Both the position numbers and the translations under genes were made by a program. The notes below the pieces were generated by a model. That model did no database searches. It was not told the origin of the DNA and saw only the letters and a program-made list of their open reading frames with translations. This document shows positions 1-8,942 of a stretch of 64,000 nucleotides of DNA, in pieces. Within the stretch, counting starts at the first letter, position 1, and each line of letters starts with the position of its first letter. Source of the stretch: Vicinamibacterales bacterium (GTDB taxonomy: Bacteria; Acidobacteriota; Vicinamibacteria; Vicinamibacterales; UBA8438). Location of the stretch: positions 2,842,130 through 2,906,129 of the forward strand of contig OZ251506.1 in the NCBI GenBank assembly GCA_965242835.1, in the 5' to 3' direction.

Positions 1-265
1 CCGAGCTGTCGAACATCTCGCCGTTCGTGTGCCAGCCGCTGTAGTGGACGGTGACGGTCGACGTCGGGCCGGGATGCGTGGTTCCCGTGCCCGGCGTGAC
101 GACCTTCGACGCGAGGCCGGACGCCGTGCGCTCCGCGTCGGCGGGCGGCGCGGCGACGTCGGGCGGCGCGGGGACGGAGCGCTGCGCGGCGGCCGCCGCG
201 GCCAGGCCGAAGACGAACAGGGCGGCCAGGATCGGAACGGACGACGACGAGGTGTTGATCATCAT
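1..265 (-). CDS. FKBP-type peptidyl-prolyl cis-trans isomerase, N-terminal part (gene runs off the window start)
   Basis: Not in the ORF track because it has no stop in the window. Reverse translation from ATG at 265 gives MMINTSSSSVPILAALFVFGLAAAAAAQ (signal peptide), then ...STVTVHYSGWHTNGEMFDSS, the FKBP core motif. Confidence 0.75.
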   Translation of the reverse strand, partial: MMINTSSSSVPILAALFVFGLAAAAAAQRSVPAPPDVAAPPADAERTASGLASKVVTPGTGTTHPGPTSTVTVHYSGWHTNGEMFDSS

Positions 266-370
266 GGTGGCGCGATCTTATCGCAGTATCATGAGACGGA
301 TGCCGGCTGCCGGCCGGCGTCGGGCGGCGGTTGGCGCGCGGCCGGGGCGCCGCGGTCGGCGTTTCCCGTC

Positions 371-765
371 GGCGCGTTCGTAAACAGGTCTTGTGGCGTC
401 ACGGTCGGGGCGTTGCGGCCGGCGCGTTCGTAAACAGGGCTTGTAGCGGCGCGGCCGGGGCGGCGCGGCCGGCGTCGACGTCGTGACGGGCCGGCGCCCG
501 GGTTTGCGGGGGCTCGTGGCGTTCCCGCTGGCGTACCGCGGCCGGCGTTTTCCGCCGGGGCGCCGCGGCAGGTGTCGACGTCTGTGACGGGCCGGTGCCC
601 GGGTTCACGGGGCTTGTGGCGTTCCCGCCGGCGTACCGCGGCGGCGTTCCCGCCGGGGCGCCGCGGCCGGCGTCGGCGTCGTGACGGGCCGGCGCCTGGG
701 TTCACGGGGGCTCGTGGCGTTCCCGCCGACGCGCCGCGGCCGGCGTTCCCGCCCGCGCGTGTTTC
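371..765. repeat. Intergenic degenerate tandem array: 2 x ~50 bp (371-470), then 3 x ~100 bp (471-570, 571-668, 669-~765)
   Basis: Direct reading. Units start ggcg(c/t)...; the cores gtcgacgtc(g/t)tgacgggccgg and (c/t)ttgtggcgttcccgc recur. The array lies between the divergent FKBP and beta-propeller genes. Confidence 0.8.
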
Positions 766-836
766 GGGCACGGCGTACAGGCTTGTCGCGTCGCGGCCGG
801 GGTTCCGCGGCGCGCGTTTTCGCAAGGCGGTGACCG

Positions 837-2192
837 ATGGGGAAGGGTTTCCTGTTCCGTGCGTTCGTTCCGGCGCTGTCGGCGGCGCTCTCCGCCGCGC
901 CGGCGGCGGCGCAGTCCGGTTCCGACGCCGCGGCCTCCGGCGACTGGCCCCAGTGGCGCGGGCCGCTGGCGACCGGCGCCGCGCCGGCCGGCGATCCGCC
1001 CGCGCGCTGGAGCGAGACGGAGAACGTGCGCTGGAAGGTCGAGATTCCGGGCCACGGGCAGGCGTCGCCCATCGTCTACGGGAACCGCGTGTTCGTCCTG
1101 ACGGCGGTTCCCGGCGGTCCCGGAGACGGCGCGGGCGACGGCTTCTTCTCGCGCCTCCGGCGGCGCTTCATGGGCACGGTCGGTTCCGGCGACCTGCTGC
1201 GCTTCGTCGTCCTCGCCGTCGACCGCCGCGACGGGTCGCTGGTCTGGGAGCGGACCGCGGTGACCGAGCAGCCGCACGAAGGCCGGCACAACACGGGAAG
1301 CTGGGCGTCCGGGTCGGCGGTGACCGACGGAGAAGTGGTCTGCGCCTTCTTCGGGTCGCGCGGTCTCCACTGCTACGACGTGGACGGCGAACCGCTGTGG
1401 AACCGCGACTTCGGCGACATGCGCATCCGCATGGGCTTCGGCGAGGGGGCCTCGCCGGCGCTGCACGGCGATGCGATCGTCGTCGTCTGGGACCACGAGG
1501 GGCAGTCGTTCGTCACCGCGCTCGACAAGCGGACCGGGGCCGAGCGGTGGCGCACCGACCGGGACGAGATGACCTCCTGGTCGACGCCGCTCGTCGTCGA
1601 GCACGCGGGCGGAACGCAGGTGGTGACCAGCGCCACGGACGGCGTGCGCGGCTACGACTTCGAGACCGGCGAACTCCTGTGGGAAGGCGAGGGCGTGACG
1701 ACGAACGCCATCCCGTCGCCGGTCGCCGCCGGGGGCGTCGCCTATCTGATGAGCGGCTACCGCGGCAACCGGCTCTACGCGGTCGACCTGTCGGCGGCGC
1801 GCGGGCGCATCTCGGACGGCGGAGCGGTCGTCTGGTCGCTCGACCGCGACACGCCCTACGTGCCGTCGCCGGTGCTGCACGACGGCATCCTGTACTTCAC
1901 GAAGAGCAACTCCGGGGTGCTCTCGGCCTACGACGCCGCCAGCGGGGAGAACCTCTACGGCCCGGTGCGGCTGCCCGGCATCCGCGACGTCTACGCCTCG
2001 CCGGTCGTCGCCGGCGGCCGCCTCTACGTCACGAGCCGCGACGGCGTCACGCTGGTCGCGAAGGCCGGCCCGGAGTTCGAGGTCCTGGCGACGAACCGTC
2101 TCGAAGACGACTTCGACGCCTCGCCGGCCGTCGCCGGCGGGGAGATCCTTCTCCGCGGCCGGCGCTACCTGTACAGCATCGCGGCGGATTGA
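837..2192 (+). CDS. PQQ-like beta-propeller repeat protein (BamB/YfgL-like fold), secreted
   Basis: ORF 837..2192. Signal peptide FVPALSAALSAAPAAAQ; repeated W-x-x motifs such as DWPQWRGP, GNRVFV, GSLVWE, GELLWE and GILYF are typical of PQQ_2/PQQ_3 propellers. Confidence 0.85.
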   Translation: MGKGFLFRAFVPALSAALSAAPAAAQSGSDAAASGDWPQWRGPLATGAAPAGDPPARWSETENVRWKVEIPGHGQASPIVYGNRVFVLTAVPGGPGDGAGDGFFSRLRRRFMGTVGSGDLLRFVVLAVDRRDGSLVWERTAVTEQPHEGRHNTGSWASGSAVTDGEVVCAFFGSRGLHCYDVDGEPLWNRDFGDMRIRMGFGEGASPALHGDAIVVVWDHEGQSFVTALDKRTGAERWRTDRDEMTSWSTPLVVEHAGGTQVVTSATDGVRGYDFETGELLWEGEGVTTNAIPSPVAAGGVAYLMSGYRGNRLYAVDLSAARGRISDGGAVVWSLDRDTPYVPSPVLHDGILYFTKSNSGVLSAYDAASGENLYGPVRLPGIRDVYASPVVAGGRLYVTSRDGVTLVAKAGPEFEVLATNRLEDDFDASPAVAGGEILLRGRRYLYSIAAD

Positions 2193-2371
2193 CGATGCGG
2201 CGTCCGGGATCGGCGAGCCGGCGCGTGGAGATCGCGGCCGACCCGTCCCCGGTTCGTCCGTCCTGGAATTCGGACGGCGCCCGGGAGCGTCGGGCGGTCA
2301 TGACGTTGGCCCGCGATCGTGCGCGCGGTGCGTGAAGTACAATTCGGTGCGAGGCTGTCGAGGGGAGGACG

Positions 2372-2677
2372 ATGGGGCGGATCCAGGCACGTGAACGGCG
2401 GATGACGCCGGCGATTTCGCTCCAGGAGCTCCGCCGGCCGCTCCGGCGCCGGGAGCAGCGCCTGCCGGCTGGCAGGGGGCGGGACGTCCTGAACGCCCTG
2501 GGCCGCCTCGTGGAGCAGGGCGACGAGCAGGCCGAAGCCGTGGCCGAGGCGCTGGCGTGCGCGCTGATCTGCGAGGCGATGACGACACGCCTGATCGACG
2601 AACGCCGTGGAGCCGTGCCGGAGTTCATCGGGAGGATCAGGAAGGCGGTCGATGCGTTCGAGGCGAACCTCCATTGA
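2372..2677 (+). CDS. Hypothetical small protein (101 aa)
   Basis: Strong SD (gaggggagga) just upstream of the ATG and a TACAAT -10-like box at 2338-2343. Composition is plausible in the C-terminal two thirds. No family recognised. Confidence 0.5.
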   Translation: MGRIQARERRMTPAISLQELRRPLRRREQRLPAGRGRDVLNALGRLVEQGDEQAEAVAEALACALICEAMTTRLIDERRGAVPEFIGRIRKAVDAFEANLH

Positions 2678-2887
2678 ATGAGACGCCGCGGCCCCGGGAC
2701 CCGGCGCTCGATCCCGAAGTGGTCGGGGAGGATCAGCCGCGCGCCGGCAAGACGGATTCCAGTCCTCGGGTGTTTCAGGAGATCTTCGCGAGCTTCGCCA
2801 GGAGCAGCGGTCCCGCGTATCACCCGATCTTCCCGGCAACGCTATAATCGCGCCGCGCGGCGGGTCCCGCGCCGCCGCGCGAATCCG

Positions 2888-4213
2888 ATGCGCATCATCT
2901 CGATCACCGCCGGCGCCGGCGGCATGTACTGCGGAAGCTGCATCCGCGACAACACGCTGGCGAAGGCGCTGCGGCGGCTCGGGCACGACGTGCTGCTGGT
3001 GCCGCTGTACACGCCGCCGCGCACGGACGAGCCGAGCGTCAGCGAACAGCGGGTGTTCTTCGGCGGCATCAGCGTCTACCTCGAACAGTACTCCCGCCTG
3101 TTCCGCGGCACGCCGTGGCTGGTCGACCGGCTGTGGGAGGCGCCGTGGCTGCTGCGCGCCGTCTCGCAGCGCGGCGTGCGGACGCAGCCCGAGCAGTTGG
3201 GGGAGCTGACCGTCTCGGTGCTCGAAGGCCGGCACGGCCGCCAGCGCAAGGAGTTCGAAAAACTCGTCCACTGGCTGCGTTCGGAACCGAAGCCGGACGT
3301 GATCGACGTCTCCAACTCGATGCTGATCGCGCTGGCGCCGGCGTTCAAGGAGGCGCTCGGTTGCGGCGTCTGCTGCACGCTGCAGGGCGAGGACGTCTTC
3401 CTGGACCATCTCGACGAGCCGTACCGCTCCCGGGCGCTGGCGCTGATACGGGAGCACGCCCGGTCGGTCGACCGCTTCGCCGCGGTCAGCGACTACTACG
3501 CCGGCCACATGGCGCGGTACCTGCGCATCCCCGGCGCGAAGCTGGACATCGTGCCGCTCGGCATCGACGCCGAAGGCTACCCGGCGGCGGCGCGGGACGA
3601 GTCCCGACCGTTCACCATCGGCCATCTCGGCCGGATCGCGCCGGAGAAGGGCATCCACCTGCTCTGCGACGCCTACCACCGCTTGCGCGCGCGCGGCGGC
3701 CTGGAGGGCTGCCGCCTGGAGCTGGCGGGCTATCTGGGACCGGAGCACCGGGCGTATCTGGACGGCATGCTGCGCCAGGTCCGCGAGTGGGGCCTGGAGG
3801 CGGAGGTCCACTACCGCGGCGTGCTGGAGCTCGACGACAAGGTGGCGTTCCTGCAGCGCCTCGACGTGTTCGCGGCGCCGGCCACCTACGACGACCCGAA
3901 GGGGCTGTCGCTGGTGGAGGCGATGGCGTGCGGAACGCCCGTGGTCGCGGCGCGGCGCGGCACCTACGTCGAGCTGCTCGAGCGCACCGGCGGCGGCGTG
4001 CTCGTGCCGCCGGAAGACGCCGAGGCGCTGCAGGTCGAGTTGTCGCGGATGCGCGCCGACGAGCGATGGCGCGGCGAACTGGCGGCGCGCGCCGCCGCCG
4101 GCGTCCGCGAGCACTACAGCGCCGCGGTCATGGCCCGCCGCGCCGCCGACGTGTATCGGCGCGTCAGTCCGTCGCCGGCGGAAGACGCCGACTCGGGGTC
4201 CGGCCGCGCATAG
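2888..4213 (+). CDS. Glycosyltransferase, GT-B fold (family 1/4)
   Basis: Internal start MRIISITAGAGGMYCGS within ORF 2678..4213. C-terminal motif GLSLVEAMACGTPVVAARRG with EL is typical of the Glycos_transf_1 family. A TATAAT sits at 2844-2849. Confidence 0.85.
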   Translation: MRIISITAGAGGMYCGSCIRDNTLAKALRRLGHDVLLVPLYTPPRTDEPSVSEQRVFFGGISVYLEQYSRLFRGTPWLVDRLWEAPWLLRAVSQRGVRTQPEQLGELTVSVLEGRHGRQRKEFEKLVHWLRSEPKPDVIDVSNSMLIALAPAFKEALGCGVCCTLQGEDVFLDHLDEPYRSRALALIREHARSVDRFAAVSDYYAGHMARYLRIPGAKLDIVPLGIDAEGYPAAARDESRPFTIGHLGRIAPEKGIHLLCDAYHRLRARGGLEGCRLELAGYLGPEHRAYLDGMLRQVREWGLEAEVHYRGVLELDDKVAFLQRLDVFAAPATYDDPKGLSLVEAMACGTPVVAARRGTYVELLERTGGGVLVPPEDAEALQVELSRMRADERWRGELAARAAAGVREHYSAAVMARRAADVYRRVSPSPAEDADSGSGRA

Positions 4214-4865
4214 CGGCCCCGCGCGCAGGATCGCGCGGCCGCGGCCCGCCTTGCCGGGGGCGGGCGCCGTCCCCGTTGCGCCACGTCCAGGCCAGCGCGG
4301 CGAGGATTCCGATCCCCAGCAGCCGCCGCGGACCGCTGACGAAGACGACCGCGCCGTTGGCGATCATGAACACGAAGGCGCCGCGGACCGCCGTGGTCCA
4401 GACGGCGGGGCGCCGCGCATGGTGGAGCGGCCCGAGGCGCCACCAGAGTCCTTCGCCGATCCAGATCGCCGTGAATCCGTAGTTCACCCACAGGCCGCCG
4501 CCCCAGTGGAGGCCGACGAGCGCCTCGGTGCGCGCCGCGGTATGGGCCCAGGCGGCCGCGTGGCTCCAGTCGTGGTGGAGGGCGAAGGCGGCGGCGACGT
4601 GGGCCAGGTAGGCCAGCGCGCCCAGCAGCCAGACGGGCCGCGCCCAGGCCGCCGCCGGCCGCCGCGCGCGGCCGTACTCGCCGGCGGCGTAGAGGGCCAG
4701 CGCGGTCCAGATGGTGACGGCGACGGCGGGGGCGGCGGGCGTCGGCGGATGCACCCCGGGCACCTTACCGCACCCGGCCGCGGCCCCGACCCGATTCCCG
4801 GCGCCGCGGCACGGCCCGCCGACGCCGGTGAGGTCGACGCCCGCCTCCGACATGACGATGCCCAC
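4164..4865 (-). CDS. Hypothetical polytopic membrane protein (start uncertain)
   Basis: About five hydrophobic spans (AVAVTIWTALALYAAG, VWLLGALAYLAHVAAAFAL, GLWVNYGFTAIWIGEGLWW, GAFVFMIANGAVVFV, LLGIGILAALAWTW). Both termini are low complexity. The 3-prime end overlaps the GT gene by 50 bp. Confidence 0.45.
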   Translation of the reverse strand: MGIVMSEAGVDLTGVGGPCRGAGNRVGAAAGCGKVPGVHPPTPAAPAVAVTIWTALALYAAGEYGRARRPAAAWARPVWLLGALAYLAHVAAAFALHHDWSHAAAWAHTAARTEALVGLHWGGGLWVNYGFTAIWIGEGLWWRLGPLHHARRPAVWTTAVRGAFVFMIANGAVVFVSGPRRLLGIGILAALAWTWRNGDGARPRQGGPRPRDPARGAAMRGRTPSRRLPPATD

Positions 4866-5048
4866 CGTCCGGCGCCGCGGCTACGGCCCGCCGACGCCGG
4901 TGAGGGCCTCTGCGAGGCGGCCGGCCCCCGATCCGATTCCCCGGCGCCGCGGCCACGGCGCCCGGATCTCCCCCGGATCGCGTGCGCCCCGGCGCCCGCC
5001 GCCTGCGACGTGCAACCCCGACGTCCGTTCGACCGATAGAATGGGCCG

Positions 5049-6125
5049 ATGCAGCCCACCTGGCCGGCGCGGCGCCGATGGCTGGGCGCCTGTCTGGCGC
5101 TGTTCGCGCTGCCGGGGATGGTCGCCGCCGCGGGGTCTCGCGCGCCGGGCGCCGGCGACGCCCCCGCGCTCGACGCCGTCCACCGGGCGCGGATCCTCGA
5201 ACGGGCGGCGAACCTGCCGCGCCTGCGCAGCCTGCTGGTCTCGGTCGGCGGGGCGCGGATCGAGGAGCACTACTTCAACGGGGCGTCCGCCCGGCGCGCG
5301 GCCAACCTCAAGTCGGCCTCGAAGACGATCATCGCGATCCTGGTCGGCATCGCCATCGACCGCGGCTACCTGAAGGGCGTCGAGCAGCCGATCGTCGACT
5401 TCTTTCCGGACGAGCTGGCCGGGGCCGATCCCGTCCGGCGGTCCATCACCGTGGAGGACCTGCTCACCATGCGCTCCGGTCTCGAGACGACCTCGAACCG
5501 CAACTACGGGCGCTGGGTGCGGAGCCGGCACTGGGTGCGCCACGCGCTGAGCCGGCCGCTGGTCGACCGGCCGGGCGGCCGGATGATCTACAGCACCGGC
5601 AGCACGCACCTGCTGTCGGCCGTCCTGACGCGGGCCGCCGGGATGAGCACGCTGGAGTTCGGACGGCGGCGCCTGGCGCGGCCCCTCGGCATCGCGCTGC
5701 CCGCGTGGACCCGCGACCCGCAGGGCGTCTACCTGGGCGGCAACCAGATGGCGCTGACGCCGCGGGCGATGCTCGCGGTCGGCGACCTCTTCCGGCGCGG
5801 CGGGGAGAGCGGCGGGCGGCAGGTGGTCTCGCGCGACTGGATTCGCCGGTCGACGATACCGCGCACGCGGTCGCGGTTCAGCGGCCGGCGCTACGGCTAC
5901 GGCTGGTGGATTCGTTCGCTGGCCGGCCACCGGACGTACTACGCCTGGGGCTACGGCGGCCAGTTCATCTTCGTGGTTCCCGATCTCGACGCCGTGATCG
6001 TCGTGACGTCGTCGCCGAATCCGGGCCCGGGACGGCGGAGCCACCGGCGCGAGCTGGACGAGCTGATCGCCTGCGACCTCGTGCCCGCCATCCGGCGGGC
6101 GGCGGAAGCGGCGGAAGCGGCGTGA
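5049..6125 (+). CDS. Serine hydrolase, beta-lactamase/transpeptidase-like family
   Basis: Signal peptide, an S-x-x-K motif (SASK) and a YST motif (MIYSTGSTHLL); length about 358 aa. Confidence 0.85.
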   Translation: MQPTWPARRRWLGACLALFALPGMVAAAGSRAPGAGDAPALDAVHRARILERAANLPRLRSLLVSVGGARIEEHYFNGASARRAANLKSASKTIIAILVGIAIDRGYLKGVEQPIVDFFPDELAGADPVRRSITVEDLLTMRSGLETTSNRNYGRWVRSRHWVRHALSRPLVDRPGGRMIYSTGSTHLLSAVLTRAAGMSTLEFGRRRLARPLGIALPAWTRDPQGVYLGGNQMALTPRAMLAVGDLFRRGGESGGRQVVSRDWIRRSTIPRTRSRFSGRRYGYGWWIRSLAGHRTYYAWGYGGQFIFVVPDLDAVIVVTSSPNPGPGRRSHRRELDELIACDLVPAIRRAAEAAEAA

Positions 6126-6202
6126 ACGGCGGCGCATCGACGACTTCGGCGCCCGTCCGCGGCGCGGCCGCGGAACGGGCGCGGCGGGGGAGGAGGCAGC
6201 GC

Positions 6203-7213
6203 ATGACGACGCGATACGCACGGCGGTTCGGCGGGGGCGTCCTGGTCGCGATCCTCGCCGCCGGCCTCGGCGGGCCGGCCGCGCTCGGTCAGCAGGGCGG
6301 GGACCTGCCGGTCGTGAGCCAGGAGCGGTACGACGCCTGGTTCGACGAGCTCTCCAACTGGGGGCGCTGGGGGCCGGACGACGAAATGGGCGCGCTGAAC
6401 CTGATCACCCCGGAGAAGCGGCGGGCCGCCGCGGACCTGGTGACCGAGGGGTTCACCGTGTCGCTCGCCTCGATAGCCAACCGGGAGCGGACGCTCGACA
6501 ACCCGTGTCCGATCGAGTGGAGGATGGTGAGCGCGTCGCCGGGCGGCGCCGCCGACACGATCAACTATCCCTGCATCCACGGTCCCGGCACGACGCACAT
6601 CGACGGCTTCGCGCACCGCTTCTTCGACGGGAAGATGTGGAACGGCTACCCGATCGCCGAAACGGTCACCATGGAGCGCGGAGCGACGAAGAACGCCGTC
6701 CTGACGATGCGGCACGGGATCGTGACGCGCGGCGTGCTGTACGACGTGGCGCGCCTCGCGGGGCGCCCGCACCTCGAACCGGGCGAGCGGATCACCGTGG
6801 CCGACCTCGAGGCCTGGGAGGCGCGGACGGGCGTCCGGGCCGGTCCGGGCGACGCGTTCCTGCTGCGCTGGGGCCGCTGGGCGCGCCAGGACGCGATCGG
6901 CCCCTTCGACACCGGGGCCGAGGCGGCGGGTCTCGACAACACGGTGATCCCGTGGCTGCGCGAGCGGGACGTGGCGATCGTCGGGTGGGAGACGCCGGGC
7001 TACGCGCCGCAACCGCCGGGCGACCTGCCGCGGCTGGCCCTGCACGACTTCGCGCTGACCATGCTCGGCGTCCACCTGCTCGACCGCGCCGACTTCGACG
7101 ACCTGGCCGAGGCGGCGGCCGAGCGGAACCGCTGGGAGTTCATGCTGACCGTCGCGCCCCTGCCGATCCCGAACGGGACCGCCTCGCCGGTGAACCCGAT
7201 CGCGATCTTCTGA
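6203..7213 (+). CDS. Cyclase family protein (kynurenine formamidase-like fold), secreted
   Basis: Internal start MTTRYARRFGGGVLVAILAAG within ORF 4982..7213. The HGPGTTHIDGFAH motif matches the cyclase HxGTHxDxPxH signature. Confidence 0.85.
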   Translation: MTTRYARRFGGGVLVAILAAGLGGPAALGQQGGDLPVVSQERYDAWFDELSNWGRWGPDDEMGALNLITPEKRRAAADLVTEGFTVSLASIANRERTLDNPCPIEWRMVSASPGGAADTINYPCIHGPGTTHIDGFAHRFFDGKMWNGYPIAETVTMERGATKNAVLTMRHGIVTRGVLYDVARLAGRPHLEPGERITVADLEAWEARTGVRAGPGDAFLLRWGRWARQDAIGPFDTGAEAAGLDNTVIPWLRERDVAIVGWETPGYAPQPPGDLPRLALHDFALTMLGVHLLDRADFDDLAEAAAERNRWEFMLTVAPLPIPNGTASPVNPIAIF

Positions 7214-7244
7214 AACGCGGACCACGACCGAAACGAGGAGAGAC

Positions 7245-8786
7245 ATGACGAAACCGACCAGCCTGTTCGCGGCCGTGCTCGTAGCCTGGACGACGGCGTG
7301 CGGCGGGGCGCCGGAACCGCCCCCCGAGGAAGCGGACGCGGGCCCGGCCGCGGAGCCGGCCGGCGAGGGGTCCATCCTGCGGCTCGATCGGCGGCTCGAC
7401 TCGCTCGTCCCGCCCGGCGCGGCCATCGAGAAGGTGGCCGAGGGCTACACGTTCACGGAGGGGCCGGTCTGGATCCGGGGAGAGCAACGGCTGCTCTTCT
7501 CGGACGTGCGGGCCAACGCCATCCACCAGTGGACCGAGGCGGACGGCGCGAGTCCGTTCCTCGACCCGGTCTTCGATGGGGACCGCGAAGGGCTGCGGTC
7601 GATCTCGTCCAACGGCCTGACCTTCGACGGCGAGGGCCGGCTGATCATCTGCGAGCACGGCGCCCGCCGCATCTCGCGGCTCGAAGAGGACGGCAGCCGC
7701 ACGGTGGTGGTCGACAGCTTCGAGGGCGGACGCCTGAACAGCCCCAACGACGCCGTCTTCGGCTCCGACGGCTCGCTCTACTTCACCGATCCGCCGTACG
7801 GCCTGGAGGGACTCGAGGAGTCGCCGCTGCGCGAGCTCGACTTCAACGGCATCTACCGCCTGCGGCCGGATGGCGAGCTGCAACTGCTCGTGCGCGACCA
7901 GACCCGTCCGAACGGCATCGCGCTGTCGCCCGACGAGTCCACGCTCTACGTCGCCAACTCCGACCAGGACCAGAAGGTCTGGATGGCGTACGACCTCGAC
8001 GAGGACGGCGCCTCCAACGGGCGGGTCTTCTTCGACGTCAACGACCAGACCGCGGCCGGGGCCGCCGACGGACTGAAGGTCGACCTGCGCGGCAACCTCT
8101 TCGCCACCGGCCCGGGCGGCGTCTGGGTGTTCGGGCCGGACGGCGTCCACCTCGGGACCCTCCTGATGCCGGAGGTGACCGCCAACGTCGCCTGGGGCGG
8201 CGACGGGCGCACGCTCTACATGACGGCGAGCACCGGCGTCTACCGTATCGAGCTGGCCACCGCGGGCGCGATTCCGGGCAACCCCGTCGTGGTGATGGAG
8301 ACCACGATGGGCGACGTCACGATGGAGCTGTTCGCGGACCGGGCGCCGGTCTCGGTCAACAACTTCCTGCAGTACGCCTACGCCGGCTTCTACGAGGACA
8401 CCGTCTTCCACCGCGTGATCGAGGACTTCATGATCCAGGGCGGCGGGATGGGGGCGGACCTCGTGCCGAAGATCGCCCGCGAGCCGATCGCCAACGAGGC
8501 CGCCAACGGCCTCGGCAACCGGCGGGGCACGGTCGCCATGGCCCGGACGAACGCCGTCCACAGCGCCACGTCGCAGTTCTTCATCAACCACGCGGACAAC
8601 GGGGGCCGCGGCCTCGACCACCGCGGCCCGGCGCCGGACGAGTACGGCTACGCCGTCTTCGGCGAAGTGACCGCCGGCATGGACGTCGTCGACGCCATCG
8701 CCGGGGTCGAGACGACCGCGCAGGGCGGGCACGGGAACGTGCCGGTGACCCCGGTCGTGATCGACGCGATCACCGTGCAGCCGTAG
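7245..8786 (+). CDS. Lipoprotein fusing an SMP-30/gluconolactonase/LRE-like propeller to a cyclophilin-type PPIase
   Basis: Lipobox LVAWTTAC. N-terminal LNSPNDAVFGSDGSLYFTDPPYG and LYVANS motifs. C-terminal VVMETTMGDVTMELFADRAPVSVNNFLQY...FHRVIEDFMIQGGG (cyclophilin). Confidence 0.85.
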   Translation: MTKPTSLFAAVLVAWTTACGGAPEPPPEEADAGPAAEPAGEGSILRLDRRLDSLVPPGAAIEKVAEGYTFTEGPVWIRGEQRLLFSDVRANAIHQWTEADGASPFLDPVFDGDREGLRSISSNGLTFDGEGRLIICEHGARRISRLEEDGSRTVVVDSFEGGRLNSPNDAVFGSDGSLYFTDPPYGLEGLEESPLRELDFNGIYRLRPDGELQLLVRDQTRPNGIALSPDESTLYVANSDQDQKVWMAYDLDEDGASNGRVFFDVNDQTAAGAADGLKVDLRGNLFATGPGGVWVFGPDGVHLGTLLMPEVTANVAWGGDGRTLYMTASTGVYRIELATAGAIPGNPVVVMETTMGDVTMELFADRAPVSVNNFLQYAYAGFYEDTVFHRVIEDFMIQGGGMGADLVPKIAREPIANEAANGLGNRRGTVAMARTNAVHSATSQFFINHADNGGRGLDHRGPAPDEYGYAVFGEVTAGMDVVDAIAGVETTAQGGHGNVPVTPVVIDAITVQP

Positions 8787-8854
8787 CGGGAACCACGGGC
8801 GCTTCGTGCCGTACAATACGCGGCATGCCACTTGATTTCACGGCGGTCGGTTTG

Positions 8855-8872
8855 CCCCCCCCCCCCCCCCCC
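8855..8872 (+). repeat. Homopolymeric C18 tract followed by GGAA + G6 (possible C6:G6 hairpin with GNRA loop)
   Basis: Direct count from tttg-C18-ggaagggggga. Lies 38 nt downstream of a TACAAT box (8812-8817) and 70 nt upstream of the GTG start of the adhesin-like gene. Confidence 0.95.
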
Positions 8873-8942
8873 GGAAGGGGGGAGCAGGGTCGCGGCTGCC
8901 GGTAACCCTGCCGCGCGGCCCGACGCGCAAGGAGCTTCATCC

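Noticed and set aside
371-765. Possible CRISPR array (also considered for 48593-48732 and 10751-10849).
   Set aside because: The repeats are contiguous or degenerate with no unique spacers of regular length, there are no cas genes in the window, and the unit lengths (50/100 bp, 72 bp) are atypical.
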